64,000 bases of DNA from Dipteris shenzhenensis (lineage: Eukaryota), in assembly GCA_047967505.1 (NCBI GenBank), contig CM106538.1, one strand, 5' to 3'. Below are positions 13,842 through 28,302 of the stretch, in pieces; position 1 is the stretch's first letter; every line of letters begins with the position of its first letter. The notes under the pieces are model-generated. The model ran no database searches. It was not told where the DNA came from and saw only the letters and a list, made by a program, of their open reading frames with translations. A program made the translations under genes and the position numbers.

Positions 13842-16316
13842 TTTCAAAAGCGCGTGGACTTTCTTGATGCTTTTGAGAACTTTAGAAGGAGTGACTTTGT
13901 TCGTGGAAAGGGTTTGTACCAAAGCCGATATGGGACTGACATCGAGAAGAGATACATGCTGGCAAAGAATAGATTCTTAGAAAGATGCAGGTTTGAGCCC
14001 ATTGATGGGCAACACTTTTGTGAAGCTTGCAAGATCTCCCTTGATGAGGAAAGAAAAGGAAACTTGCCACAGATTGAGAGTGGATGGAATAGTTTCAATA
14101 GGTCATTTGTCATGTATGCATATTTAACGATGACTCGAAGTACATTCTAGAATTAGAAAGGCTGATTTCTGCTCTATTTAGGTTGAAAAAAAGCTCTTCT
14201 CTTTCTGAGATGTTGATAAAGGCAAGGGAGTTATGGGTGGGCTATGGAAAGCCACAAACAGTCAAGGGCAGGAGACCTACATCTGATGCTTGAAAGGTGT
14301 TGTAAGTAATACGCAAGGAATACCAAGTAATAAGGTTGAGGCAAAGGATTTGAACACCACCGTTGCAAGATATAGGGATGTTACTTGCATTGTCTTCCGC
14401 GAGGACTCAGTGTTTCAAAGCATGGTGGATGTTTGCCAAGCATATGAAACAGGGAAGATATCCTTTGAAGCACCAGAGCACACTGTAACTCAAAGGAAAA
14501 AAATAAAGAAACCGATGTTTATTGTTTGGGTGAGAGCATTAAGGTTTTTTCCAGATGCAACAACAAAAGAAGTATGCAAGAAGATCCTAAGTGGTGACTA
14601 CTTCTTTGGAAAGAAGAGCAAGCATAGCAACTTGGATGAAGTGGTCACCCGAATGATTCAAAGTGAGGCTGCTCTCTCGGCACTATTGTTTTTATTGAAA
14701 TCTGATGATGAGTTAGCTGGCAAGCCAATTGATGTGGATAAGAAGAAAGCACTTAGCCTAGGTCAACTCCTTGATAAGACATGGGCTAGAAAGTGGTTGG
14801 CTTCAATGGATGCAGATGCCACACCAACAAAGGATCTAAGAGCTAAAATGCCAAAGGTTGTTGAGACAGAATATATGGACATCAAGAAAAAGGCCTTGCA
14901 GTCCACTGCCCAAGGTAGAGCAATTGGTGGTTTAGATGATGGTTCTCCATTCAACTTCTCCTATGATATCCTACTATCAGAGAATGATACAAAATTTGCT
15001 CTAGGTTGGGGCGATGCGATAAAACACTCTAGATAGAGGCTTAATTACTCCACACATCAATGGCATTGATACAGAGCATTTCATAACAATGAGCGGTCAT
15101 GCTTGGGAGAAGCCATGCGTATTTTTCATAGATGAATTGCAAGATCTTGCAGTGTCACGGATAGTTGAACTTGTGCAGTTTTAAGAAAAGATCAACGTTG
15201 GTCCTGTTTGTGATAGAATCACAAAGGGATGCCTTGTATGCATGTTTGACATCTGCATTTGGGTGTTTACTTTCAAAAGTATACCATGGTATAGTCCTAT
15301 GCAATCATATGACTATCTTGGAAGGCACTGCCATTCAAGTCTTGTAGCCTTTCTTGATGTGCTTCTTATCTAGGGGTGGTGGCAATCTTATCAAAATTCC
15401 TTTAAGGACTCTCGAGCTTCATTACTTTGAGGACAATAAGGTTAAGCTTGATGCAGCAATGGTGGATTACAAAAAGTCGATGGATCCTGATGTGATACTA
15501 GAGATGACAAAGAATTTACTAAATGATGGGTGGGAAGTAGCATTGTATCGAATGGGTTTTGCTGCTGAAAAATTGCTACGCCAAGGTAGAAATGTAAATG
15601 TCATTGATACCCCCCATCAAATTGAGTTCTTTGACACATATTACAATTGCACTACCTTCTTTGAAGAGGAAAATGTCAAAGAAGAGGGTAGTGAGAAAAA
15701 TGTCAAAGATGAGGGTAGTGAGTCTGAGGGTGATGATTCTAGCTCAGGTGATGATGAGGATGAAAGCTCTACATCCGATGACTTATGCCAAGAAGAAATC
15801 TGCATAGAGAATAAGGGTGATCAATTGTCAACTAGAGTCAAGGAGGTTCCACTCATCATACGAGAAGGCTTGCAGTAGCAAGAAGTAGTAGTACAGTATG
15901 TCACAGGAAAAGGTAAGGCTAAAGAGGTGGAAGCACTTCCCTTGAAATTAAAAGTGAGGAAGGCACCCTTGATCTTGGGTGAAGGACATGCAAGTGGATC
16001 AAGTAAGGAAGCCTTACTCAAAGAAGGTATGGATGAGGCAAAGCATGACCAGGAGGAGTTACCAGGAGGCATAGATGGTTCTTCAACCATGACCTTATAG
16101 ACTCCAGAGCAGCCTACTAGTCAGGAACCTAGTAGCCAGGTCCCTACTCACCAAGAACTTGGTCATGAGACTCTAGAGCAGCCTACTAGTCAGGTGCTTG
16201 GAACTGAAGAGCAAACTACTGAGGAACTTGCTACTGAGACTCGAGTCTTAGAGTAGCCTATTAGTCAGGACCTTGGTAGTCAAGGGCCTAGCATTGAGGA
16301 CATTGGTACTGAGTAA
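13842..16316 (+). pseudogene. 3' portion of Sola-like ORF2 (duplicate of 60561-63447), with frameshifts and stops
   Basis: ORFs 13854, 14290 and 15354 match ORFs 60249/60712/62060/62486; contains IDGQH. Confidence 0.85.
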
Positions 16317-17030
16317 CATGATGGCTGACAGCTTTGTAATCACAAGTTTTGAACTTCTATGTAAAGCGAATATCTAATAAAAAGTTTACTACTTTTTTTA
16401 TTTCTTTACTCTCATTATTGTGTATAAAGATTATTTATGAGGTCCATTTTATACTTAATGGTGTATTTTAAACTTTATGTCAAATGTATTTTTATAGTTA
16501 AGGGTGTTTTTTAATACCAAGTGAGGTGTATATGTACACCACTTACACATAGAACGATTTATCTACACTACCTTTCTAAGGGGTTTATGTACACCACCTT
16601 TCTAAAAGAAATGGTCATAAAGGTATGTGCACACCACTTATACATAAAGGTGTTTATTTACACCACCTTTCTAAGAGAATTGGTCATCTATTATTGGTCG
16701 TCTATTGATGTTCTTAGGTGATAGTAGCTCAATTCACAAGAAGTTATGAAATGTTTATGTAGACCACCTTTGTAAGATATTTTTGTGAAGTTATGAAGAT
16801 GTTTATGTAGACCACCTTTGTAAGAGATTTGGTTATGCATTGATGTTCTTAGTACTTAATCATCAAATCTTTTGTTTTGAGTTGTCAAATCTAGTTCCAA
16901 AAACAACATTACTAGTATATTCAAAATTTTTGGACTGTTTTTTAGTCCATTTCTCAAATTGGACTTTACACAAGTCCAAAAATTCTCAAATTGGAGTTTA
17001 CACAAGTCCAAAAATTTTGAATAGTGTGTT
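13842..17030 (+). mobile_element. Right-hand part and right TIR of a duplicate copy of the Sola-like element
   Basis: 13842-16868 is colinear with 60561-64000. Ends in AGTCCAAAAATTTTGAATAGTGTGTT (17005-17030), the reverse complement of 49737-49762 with 1 mismatch, followed by TATT. Confidence 0.9.
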
Positions 17031-19114
17031 TATTCGATTTCCTGGAGAAACTATTCTGGAGGAGGCCTACCGCTATTCAAGAAAAACCTAGAAGCAGCTA
17101 TCAAATTGGAAGGTCCACATGACAAATGGTCTTTGAAGAAAAACCTTCCCGAAGAGGTGAGATGCCCTCCGCTTCTATGACAAAATCATTTTTTTTAGAA
17201 TGCATGCAATCGTGATAAAAGAGTAGGAAGAGTGACTAATCCAAACAATTTGTGCCCAAATTGTACATGCTGTGAAGTACTCGTGGAATAGAACTCTTCC
17301 ATGAGTAGACACTATGGTATACCTTGATCATTACGGAATAGATGATGTGTGGCTTGGAAAGACAGTCTATCGGTAATAATTTCCCCAAGCAACTAAACAC
17401 AATTAATCGTTAGGATGTAGCATATGCTATATACTAATTACTACTATCCTTGACATAAAGCACATTGCACAATGGATTACCTTCCGTAAATGACAAGAAA
17501 CTTCTTGCTCTAGGCAAGGCAGAGTTTACTCGTTGCCAGAAAGCCCATAAGCAAGAGCTTCAAGAATTAAAAAGGTAAAATACAAGATAGGAGCTAAACA
17601 AAAGTTAGCTGCAATCATTTTAGCATGACTTTGCTTCCTCATTCTACATTTTCTTGACCTAGATGGTGCAAAGAAACAGGGTTGGCAGACTTGAATCCCT
17701 TAAGACAGAGAGCCATTAACTTGTACTTTTGCCGGCATGTGCCTTATTTGAGCCACAATTTGTGAGGGCAAGGCTCTCCATTGCCAAGGCAGTCACATTG
17801 ATAGTTGCGATTGACGACTTGGTGCACTTGCGTTTCAGATCGTTTCAAGAGCTGGACACGTACTTGAAAGTAGTTGAGAGGTATGCATCTCTAGGTCCTT
17901 GAGTGAATACTTAAATACAATTATGGATCACTAGACGACTCAGCTAGATGCATGTATCTTGTGCATATCAAGGTCACTCCTTCGATTGCTACTGGTAATG
18001 TATACAGGTGGGATCCAAGCATTGAAAGATGTCTCTCGTAAGAGGCAAGGATTGTCTTCATGACGCTTAATAACACAGTCCATAATTGAGTGGATGAGGC
18101 ATCCAAGGTGCAATGACATGACATGGGCATTTACCTCAACCAAGCAATGAGTATCTTAATAGATCTGTCAAATTCTTTGGGCATGTTAGCTCGAGCAAAT
18201 TGTTAGCTTTTACATGTTGGCCATAACTCTTAAAAGGAGAGAAACAAGTTAATTATATTTCCTATGACTCTAGTTCTAAATCACATTATGTTTTGATATT
18301 TGTGATGACAGTGGGCAAATGTGATTGCAAGCAAAGTCACGGAAGCTAAATGGGCAACATCAAAATACACTCCAGGATTGCAAGAGTAACTTGATAATGG
18401 GATTCATTCCATAGGCAATGGAGCCATTGCTATCACTACATTAATGTTTTGTGGGGAAGTCTTAATTAGTGACGATATGTTGTCATATTTAGACTATCGA
18501 TCAAAGTTTCTTAGGTTGATGTGCTTGGCATCTCGACTCACAAATGACATCCAAAAATTAGGGTAAATGTCAAACAAAATTCCTTATACATTTTGAATAA
18601 AGTATGTACAATTAATCAATTTTTGAGATTATAAGTATCCAATTTCATCCTATCCAACACTCTTTTGGTCATTTTAGTTTTTATTCAATACAACTAACTA
18701 CTCTCTTGATGAATTTATGTAGCTTTGTCATAATTAATCAAATTTTGAGATTATAAGTATCCAATTTCATCTTATCCAACACTCTTTTGGTCATTTTAGT
18801 TTTTATTCAGTACAACTAACTATGCTCTTGATGAATTTATGATATAGATGAAGAAGGAACATGAATGACCATCCTGTCGAAATAGAGGAGACGACCTTAA
18901 AGTATGTTTCAGATCTAAAAACACATATGCTCACAAAGCTAATATTTGAGTTCCTAAGAATGGATAAGCCAATGCCTACATCTTGTAAACAAGTGATCTA
19001 TGAGGGCTTGGTAAGGGTCACATAGTTCTTCTACCATGTAAGGATGAATACACTGATGCACCCCAACACACCCTAGATGTCCTTCACAAGAATTTTGTTG
19101 AGCCACTACCTTGA
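17031..19114 (+). pseudogene. 3' half of a diterpene synthase (end of beta domain + alpha domain), pseudogenised
   Basis: IRFPGETILEEAY..., DDVWLGKTVYR, class I region reads IDDLVH, then RLTNDIQK, ending NFVEPLP*. Spliced, with stops and frameshifts. Inverted homolog of 43411-45555. Confidence 0.9.
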
Positions 19115-19964
19115 TACAAAAGGTAAATTAGACACATTTATAGGAGGATCCATTGCAAGTTCTTTGATAGATTGGAAGATGATTGCTCTTTATCATCACA
19201 AACATGGCAAATTAAAGCACAAGGACATAATCATAATATTTCAACCAGATTCACATAGAAATTGATTCCCACCTTGCTGTATTTATGGAACTAAAGAAAG
19301 TCCATGGTTTTGAAGACTCGCACAATGCTTTCACTAAAAAAATGATATACATGTATCCAAAGAGAGAGAAAAATGGAATGAAAGCATAAAAAGTTTCCAT
19401 GGCTACCAACTATTATGAAGAAATAGATGTAACCAATGTACTTAGTGTACAAAAATGTCCTTGAATGAAGGAGTATCATAAAAATTCAGACAATATAGGT
19501 TTTGCAATTGACTTTTAAACAAATTACTATCAAAAGCATAATTTTAAAATAATTTTCTATACAACTAAATTTTCTTGCAAAAATATTTTCGTCATGTTAA
19601 AAGAATTAAATTTTGTGTTAATTCAAGATTATTGTCAATCTACTAATTCATGCACTCAATCAATCCTTCCCAAAAAAGTATTTATAAGTAAAAATTCCAT
19701 CTAGATCTTATAACATAGGATTGTTATAAGTTATTCACACTAACCACAAAATCTCCTCTACAGAGAGGAACTCCAATGGAAGAGGGAAATCAATTTTAAA
19801 AGAAGCCAAGAGAGTAACCCGATGTCATCATGGAAGTAGGTGTACTAAGACATAGGCACTTATTGGAACACATGTCAACATTATGTTGTACTTGATCCAA
19901 GTCTTTATGTACCCTAATCACCATATCCATACATTGACATGAACATATTTTTTCCCCAAAAGAA

Positions 19965-20660
19965 GGAAGTATCCCTCTCGATGCTCGATACATAGATCTA
20001 TTTTTGTGAGATCCACCTATTCCACATGCACCTGTAAGATTCAATATTGTCTACATATCATTTAAAATTGTATGAAATATAATAAGGTGATATGATAGTA
20101 AGCATACCTGACAATGCCATTGATCTTTAGATAGTTTTTCTAACATCTTTTAATAAGAATCCTCTCACTATAATTGGGAGGATAAACTACCCAAGCAACA
20201 ATGGAGTTATAACAATGTATCACAATCATATAAGTTACACAAAACCATCACAATCCTAGTTCTACTAAGCATTCAAGCTTACATGTAGAATACCTATAAG
20301 ACCTTGTGCCAATCATTGGACTTGAGGCCACTAAGATTATTGTCCTTTATAAATGCTCCCCTAAGGCAACACATGTGTCTTGTGGGGTGTTTAAAAAGAT
20401 GTAATGTATGCCTTCACCCTTGCCTTCTCTATGTTGGAGAGGATCCATGGTGCCTTCGGGAGAACAATTCCAAGAGGATGCTCTTGGGTTCTTGAACCAC
20501 CCTCTTGAGTTGTAGAACCATGCTCTTGGGTTCTACGCACACACTCTTGGGTCCACAAGTGAGGCATCCTACCCATATCATGCAAGTCTTCTTCAACTCC
20601 CCTTGTGTATTTGTCACCAACCAAGTGTACCCAAATAGAAGCCCCCCCATTCTCGAACTC
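19965..20660 (-). pseudogene. Degenerate CACTA transposase fragment
   Basis: Homologous to ~30000-30640 (LSGLKS(N/H)DWHKV region). Confidence 0.75.
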
Positions 20661-23600
20661 CCCCTAGTGTTATCCACAATCGTAAAAAAACACTCTAGGT
20701 GTGTTATCCAAACAAGTACTTATGGGATGGGCCTATGGCTTTGCATGCAACTCAATACCACCTAGGTTGAGGCTCTTGCATAGTATTGTGCCCATGCAAT
20801 ATGCATTTCTTGGTTGATCAAGAATTAAACATCGTTTTCGCCTCTGTGTGATGCACATCCATCAAAAAACACGCCCTAGATGTGTTATCCGAACATGCAC
20901 TTATGGGATGAGTGCTCCACTTTGCATGCAATTCAATACCACATGGTTTGAGGTGCATGCAAAGTATTGTGCCCATCGGATATGCTTTGCATTTTAGATC
21001 AAGCATGAAATAATAAACACTATTTTTGCCTTAGTGTCATGCACAACCATCAAAAAACACGGTCCTAGGTGTGTAATTCGAACAGGTACTTATGGGATGG
21101 GCATGCCACTTTGCATGCAAGTCAATACCACCTGTGTTGGTGCATGTGTAGAGCATTGTGCCCATCGGATATGCTTTGCATTGTCGATCAAGCATTAAAC
21201 ACCATTTTTGCCTTAGTGTCATGCACAACGATAAAAAATCATGGTCCTAGGTGTGTTATTTGAGAAAGTACTAATCGAATGGGGGTGCCACTTTGCACGC
21301 AAGTCAATTTCACCTAGGTTGAGGTTCGTGCAAATTATTATACCCATCGGATAAGCTATGTATCATCGATCATGCCTTATACACCGTTTTTCCGCTAGTG
21401 TTATACAGAATCGTAAGAAAACACGCTCATAGGTGTGTTATCCGAATAAGTACTTATAGGATGGGAACACCACTTTGCATGCAAGTTAATAACACCTAGC
21501 TTGAGGTGCATGCAAAGTATTGTGGCCATCGGATATGCTTTGCATTGTCTATCAAGCATTAAATACCCTTTTTTCCTTTGTGATGCACATTTGTAAAAAA
21601 AAATGCTCGTAGGTGTGTTATCCGAGAAAGTACATATCAAATGGGCACACCACTTTTCATGCAAATCAATACTATCTAGGTTGAGGTGTTTGCAAAGTAT
21701 TGTGTCCATTGAATTTTATTTCCATGGTTGATCAAGCATTAAACACCATTTTTGCCTTAGTGTCGTGCACAACCCTAAAAGAACATGGTCCTAGGTGTGT
21801 TATGTGAACAAGTCCTTATCGGATGGAGGTATTAGTTTGCAGGAAAGTGAATACCACTTAGGCTGAGGTGTGTGCAAAGTATTGTGACCATCGGATATGC
21901 TTTGCATGGTCGATCACGCATTATACACGGTTTTTTCCCTAGGTGGTATTGAGTTGCTTTGCATGCAACTCAATACCACCTAGGTTGAGGCGCTTGCACA
22001 GTATTGTGCCCATCCCATATGATTTTCTTGGATGATGAAGCATTAACCTCTGTTTTTGCCTCACTGTAATGCACATCTATAAAAAAACATGCTTCTCAAC
22101 GTGTTTTCCAAACATGTACTTATCGGATGGGGGTGCCACTTTTCACACAAGTCAATACCACCTAGTTAAGGTGCATGCAAAGTATTGTGCCCATATATTA
22201 TTTTCAAGGTCGATCATGCATTATACACCGTTTTCCCCCTAGTGTTATGCACAACTGTCCAAAAATGTGCTCCTCGGTGTAGTATCTGAACAAGTACTCA
22301 TGGGATAGGTGGGCCACTTTGCATGCAACTCAATACCTCCTAGGTTGAGGCGTGTGCAAAGCATTGTGCCCAGCTGATATGCTTTGCATGGTTGATGAAG
22401 CATTAAACATCGTTTTTGCTTCACTGTCATGCACATCTGTTAAAAAACACACTCTTAGGTATGTTATCCGAACAAGTAATTATCAGAGGGGCACGCCAAT
22501 TTTCATACAATTGCATACCACCTATTTTGAGGCATGTGCAAAGTATTGTGCTCATTGGATATGCTCTACATGGTTGATCAAGCATTAATCACCGTTTTTG
22601 CCTCACTCTCATATACAACCATAAAAAAACACGGTCCTAGGTGTGTTATTTAAACAAGTACTTATCAGATGGGGGAGCCACTTTGCATGAAAGTCAATAC
22701 CACCTAGATTGATGTGCGTGCAAATTTTTGTGACCATTGGATATGCAATGCATGGTCGATCACACATTATATGCCATTTCCCCCCTGTGTTATGCACAAC
22801 TGTTAAAAACATGCTCGTAGGTGTGTTATCCGCACAATTACTTATTGGATTAACATGCCACTTTGCATGTGACTCAATAAAACCGAGATTTATATGCATG
22901 AAAATATGGTTTTCTTGTTCTATCAAGCATTAAACACCGCTTTTTCCTCAGTGTGATGCACATCTGTCAAAAAACATGCTCCTAGGTGTGTTATCGGAGC
23001 AGGTACTTATGAGTTGAGCGCTCCACTTTTAATGCAATTCAATGCTATCTAACTTGAGGTGCATGCAAAGTAATGTGCCCATTGGATATGCTTTGCATTG
23101 TCGATCAAGCATTAATTACCGTTTTTGCCTTGGCGTCATGCACAATTATAAAAAAACATGGTCCCAAATGTATTATTTAAACAAGTACTTATGGGATGGG
23201 CATGCCACTTTGCATGCAAGTCAATACCACATGGGTTGAGGCATGTGAAATTTTTTATGCCAATCGAATATCCTTTGCATTGTCGATCAAGCATTAAACA
23301 CCGTTTTTGCCTTAGTGTCATACACAACCATAAAAAAACACGGTCCTAGGTGTGTTATTTGAGCAAGTACTTATCGGATTGGGGCGCCATTTTGCAGTCA
23401 ATTTCAGCTAGGTTGAGGTGCATATAGAGTAATGCTACCATCGGATATGCTTTGCATTGTCGATCACACATTATACACAATTTTTCCCCTAGTGTTATAA
23501 AGGAGCATCAAGAAACGTGCTCGTAGGTGTGTTATCTAAACAAGTACTTATGACATGGGACCACCACCCAGATTGATGTGTGTGCAAAGTATTGTGTCCA

Positions 23601-26600
23601 TTGGATATGATTTGCATTGTCGTTCAAGCATTAAACACCGTTTTTGCCTTAGTGTTATGCACATCCGTCAAAAAACACGATCCTAGGTGTGTTACCCGAA
23701 CAAGTACTTATTAAATGAGCACTCCACTTTACATGCAACTCAATACCGCCTATGTTTAAGCACTTGCAAAGTATTGTGCCCCTTGTATATTCTTTCGATG
23801 GTTGATCAAGCATTAAACACCATTTTTCCCTTAGTGTTATGAACAACTGTCAAAAACCACAGTCCTAGGTGTATTATTTGAACAAGTACCTATGGGATGG
23901 GCACGCCACTTGCATGCAAGTCAATACCACATGGGTTGAGGCATGTGCAATTTATTATGCCCATCGGATATCCTTTGCATTGTCGATCAAGCATTAAACA
24001 CCGTTTTTGCCTTAGTGTCATGCACAACCATAAAAAAACACGGTCCTAGAAGTGTTATTCGAGCAAGTACTTATCGGATTGGGACGCCACATTGTAGACA
24101 AGTCAATTTCACCTAGCTTGAGGCACATGCAAAGTATTGTTACCATTGGATATGCTTTGCATTGTCGATCATGCATTATACACCATTTTTTCCCTAGTGT
24201 CATAAAGGACCATCAAGAAATGTGCTCCCAGGTGTGTTATCCAAACAAGTACTTATGGGATGGGTCCAACACTTTGCACACAAGTCAATACCACCAAGAT
24301 TGAGGTATGTGCAAAGTATTGTGCCCATTTGATATGATTTGCATTGTCGATCAAGCATTAAATACCGTTTTTGCCTTAGTATTATGCACATTTGTCAAAA
24401 AACACGATCCTAGGTGTGTTATCTGAACAAGTACTTATCAAATAGGCACTCCACTTTACATGCAACTTAATACCACCTATGTTGAAGCACTTGCAAAGTA
24501 TTCTACCCTTATATATTCTTTCCATAGTTGATCAAGCATTAAGCACCATTTTTCCCTTAGTGTCATGAACAACCATAAAAAAACACGGTCCTAGGTGTTT
24601 TATTCAAACAAGTCCTTATCAGATGGGTGTGCCACTTTGCACGCAAGTCAATAACAACTATTTTCATGCACTTGCAAATTATTGTGCTCATCGGATATGC
24701 TTTTCATGGTCGATCACGCATTATACATCATTTTCCCCCTAGTGTTATGCACAACGTCCGTTAAAAAACGCACTCCCAGGTGTGTTATCTAAACAAGTAC
24801 TTATGGGATGGACATGCCACTTTTCATGAAACTCAATACCACCTAGGTTGAGGTTATCGCATAGTATTATGCCCATCCTATATGCTTAAACACCGTTTTT
24901 GCCTCAATGTGATGTAGATCTGTAAAAAAACATGCTCCTCAACATATTTTCCGAACAAGTACTTATCTGATGGGTGCAACACTTTGCATGCAACATAATA
25001 CCACCTAAGTAAATATGCTTTGCATGGTCGATCAAGCATTAAACATCGTTTTTGTCTCACTGTCATGCCCAACCGTAAAAAAAGATAGTCCTAATTGTGT
25101 TAATCGAACAAGTACTTATCGGATAGGAGTGCCACTTTGCACGCAAGTCAATACCACCTAGAATGAGATGCGTACAAAGTATTGTGACCATAGGGTATGC
25201 TTTGGATGGTGGATCATGCCTGATACACCATTTTCCCCCAAGTGTAATGCACGACCGTCATAAAACATGCTCCTAGGTGTGTTATCCAAACAAGTACTTA
25301 TGGGATGGGCACAGCACTATGCATGCAACTCAATAACACCTAAATTGAGGCACTTTTCATAGTATTGTGCCCATCCGATATGCTTTACTTCATCGATCAA
25401 GCATTAGACACCGTTTTTGCCTCAGTATGATGCACATCCATAAAAAAACATGCTCCTAGGTGTGTTATCCAAATAAGTACATATCGAATGGGTGCGCCAC
25501 TTTGCATGCAATTCAATACCACCTAGGTTGAGGTGTGTGCAAAGTATTGTATCCATTGGATATAATTCTATGGTTGATCAAGCATTAAACACCATTTTTG
25601 CCTTAGTGTCATGCAGAACTGTCGAAAAACACAGTCGTAGGTGTGTTATTCGAACACTTATTGGACGTGGGTGCCACTTTGCATGCAAGTCAATACCATC
25701 TATTCTGAGTCACATGCAAATTATTATGCCCATTAGACAAGATTTGCATTGTCGATCACGCATTATACACCATTTTTGCCCTAGTGTTATGCACAACCAT
25801 TAAAAAATGCGCTCCCAGGTGTATTATCTAAACAAGTAATTATGGGATGGGCATGCCAGTTTGCATGCAACTTAATACCATTAGGTTGAGGTACTTGCAT
25901 AGTATTATGTCCATCCGATATGACTTTCTTGGTCAATCAAGCACTAAACACCATTTTTGCCTCTGTGTGATGCACATCCATTAATAAACACGCTCCTAAG
26001 TGTGTTATCCGACAAGTACTTATGGGATGAGTGCTGCACTTTGTATGCAAGTAAATACCACATGGGTTGAGGTGCATGCATAGTATTGTGCCCATCGGGT
26101 ATGCTTTGCATTGTCGATTAAGCATTATACACCATTTTTGCCATAGTGTCATGCACAACCATAAAAAAACATGGTCATAGGCATGTTATTCGAACAAGCA
26201 CTAATGGGATGGGTGCTCCACTTTGTATGTAAGTCAATACCACTTGGGTTGAGGCACTTTCAATGTCTTGTGCCTATCGAATATGCTTTGCATTGTCGAT
26301 CAAGCATGAAACACCGTTTTTGCCTTTGTGTCATGCCCAACTATCAAAAAACATGGTCCTAGGTGTGTTATTTGAACAAGTACTTATTGGATGGGCTCGC
26401 CACTTTGCAAGCAAGTCAATATTACCTAGTTTGATATACATGCAAAGTATTGTGACCATCAAATATGCTTTGCATGGTCGATCACGCATTATACGCTGTT
26501 TTCCCTCTAGTGTTATGCACATTCGTCAAAAAACGCTCTCCCAAGTGTGTTATTCAAAAAAGTCATTACCAGATGGGTTTGCCACTTTGCATGCAAGTAA

Positions 26601-27966
26601 TTACCACCTATTTTGAGGTATGTGCAAAGTATTGTGCTGATCGGATATGCTTTGCATGGTTGATCAAGCATTAAACACAGTTTTTGCCTCAGTGTCATGA
26701 ACAACCATTAAAAAACACTGTCCTAGGTGTGTTATTTGAACAAGTGCTTATCCGATGGGGGTGCTAGTTTTCATGCAAGTCAATACCACCTAGATTGAGG
26801 TCCCTAAAAATTATGTGCCCATTGGATATGCTTTTCATGGTTGATCACGCATTATACACCGTTTCCCTCCTAGTGTTATGTACAACCATAAAAAAAGTCG
26901 CTCCTAGGTGTGTTAAATCCAAACAAGTACTTATGGGACGGGCACACTACTTTTCGTGCAACTCAATACCATCTAGGTTGAAGTGCGTACAAAGTATTTT
27001 GCTCATCCAATATGCTTTGCATAGTCGATCAAGCATTAAACCTCTTTTTTGCCTCAGTGTGATGCACATCTATCAAGAAACATGTTCTTAGGTGTGTTAT
27101 CCAAACAAGAACTTATTGTATGGGGGTGTCACTTTGCACACCAGTCAATTTCACCTAGGTTGAGAGGCATGCAAAGTATTGTGCCCATCAGATATGCTTT
27201 GGATGGTTGATCAAGAATTATACACCGTTTTCCCCCTAGTATTATGCACAACTATCAAAAAACGTGCTCCCAGGTGTGTTATTCAAAAAAGTACTTATGG
27301 GATGGGTTCCCCACTTTGCATGCAAGTCATTACCATGTATTTTGAGGTATGTGCAAAGTAGTGTGCTGATCGGATATGCTTTGCATGGTCGATCAAGCAT
27401 TAAATACCACTTTTGCCTCATTGTCATGAACAATCATAAAAAAACACTGTACTAGGTGTGTTATTCGAACAAGTGCTTATCGGATGGGGGTGCTAGTTTG
27501 CACATAATTCAATACCACCTAGGTTTAATTTCATGCAAAGTATTTTTCTCATCCAATATGCTTTGCATGGTTGATCAAGCATTAAATTCCTTTTTCGCCT
27601 TAGTGTGATGCACATCTGTCAAGAAACACGCTCCTAGGTGTGTTATCCAAACAAGCACTTATTGTGTGGGGGTGTCACTTTGCACACTAGTCAATTTCAC
27701 CTAGGTTGATATGCATGCAAAGTATTTTGCCCATTGGATATGCTTTGCATGGTCGATCAAGCATTATACACCGTTTTCCCCCGTGTTATGGACAACCGTC
27801 AAAAAACACGCTCCCAAGTGTGTCATCCGAATAAGTACTTATGGGATGGGCATGCCAATCTGGATGCAACTCAATACCACCTAGGTTGAGGTGCTTGCAT
27901 AGTATTGTGCCCATTTGATATGCTTTGCTTGGTTAATCAAGCATTAAACACCATTTTTGCCTCAGT
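20661..27966. repeat. Tandem satellite, ~182-bp monomer, about 40 diverged copies
   Basis: Core CCTAGGTGTGTTATCCGAACAAGTACTTATGGGATGGG...CACTTTGCATGCAA.TCAATACCACCTAGGTTGAGG...GATCAAGCATTAAACACC recurs at ~182-bp spacing (e.g. ~21065, 21247, 21429). Confidence 0.95.
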
Positions 27967-28302
27967 CACTACTACACACGGATCCTATTGCGACGTTTAC
28001 GTACCGACGTTTAGTGCTCGCTTAGCGTTAATTATCGGTATGAAAGTGGGTTTCCTAAATCGTCACTATATAGCGACTGTTATTAAAAGTCGCTATATAG
28101 CGACACTGATATACAAATTTGTAGCGACGTTTTTACAGAGAGGTTTTTTTTTTTTAATAGGCCTTAAAAGTTAGTTTTTTCTAATGACAAAATTTTATAA
28201 ATTTTCATACATGTTTGAGCTCATAGAGAATAAAAAAATGAGAGCATGTACATCAAGCCTTTGAAGCTCATATATTCATGTCCAAGTTTGAGATGAGAAA
28301 AA

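Noticed and set aside
13815-14150. Functional chimeric gene fusing CMC ORF2 to Sola ORF2
   Set aside because: The junction appears out of frame if the preceding intron is phase 0, and downstream sequence has frameshifts and stops.
20661-27966. CRISPR-like array, or a family of ~63-aa repeated ORFs
   Set aside because: The whole monomer is repeated with no unique spacers and no cas genes, in a eukaryotic context. The ORFs are by-products of the satellite.
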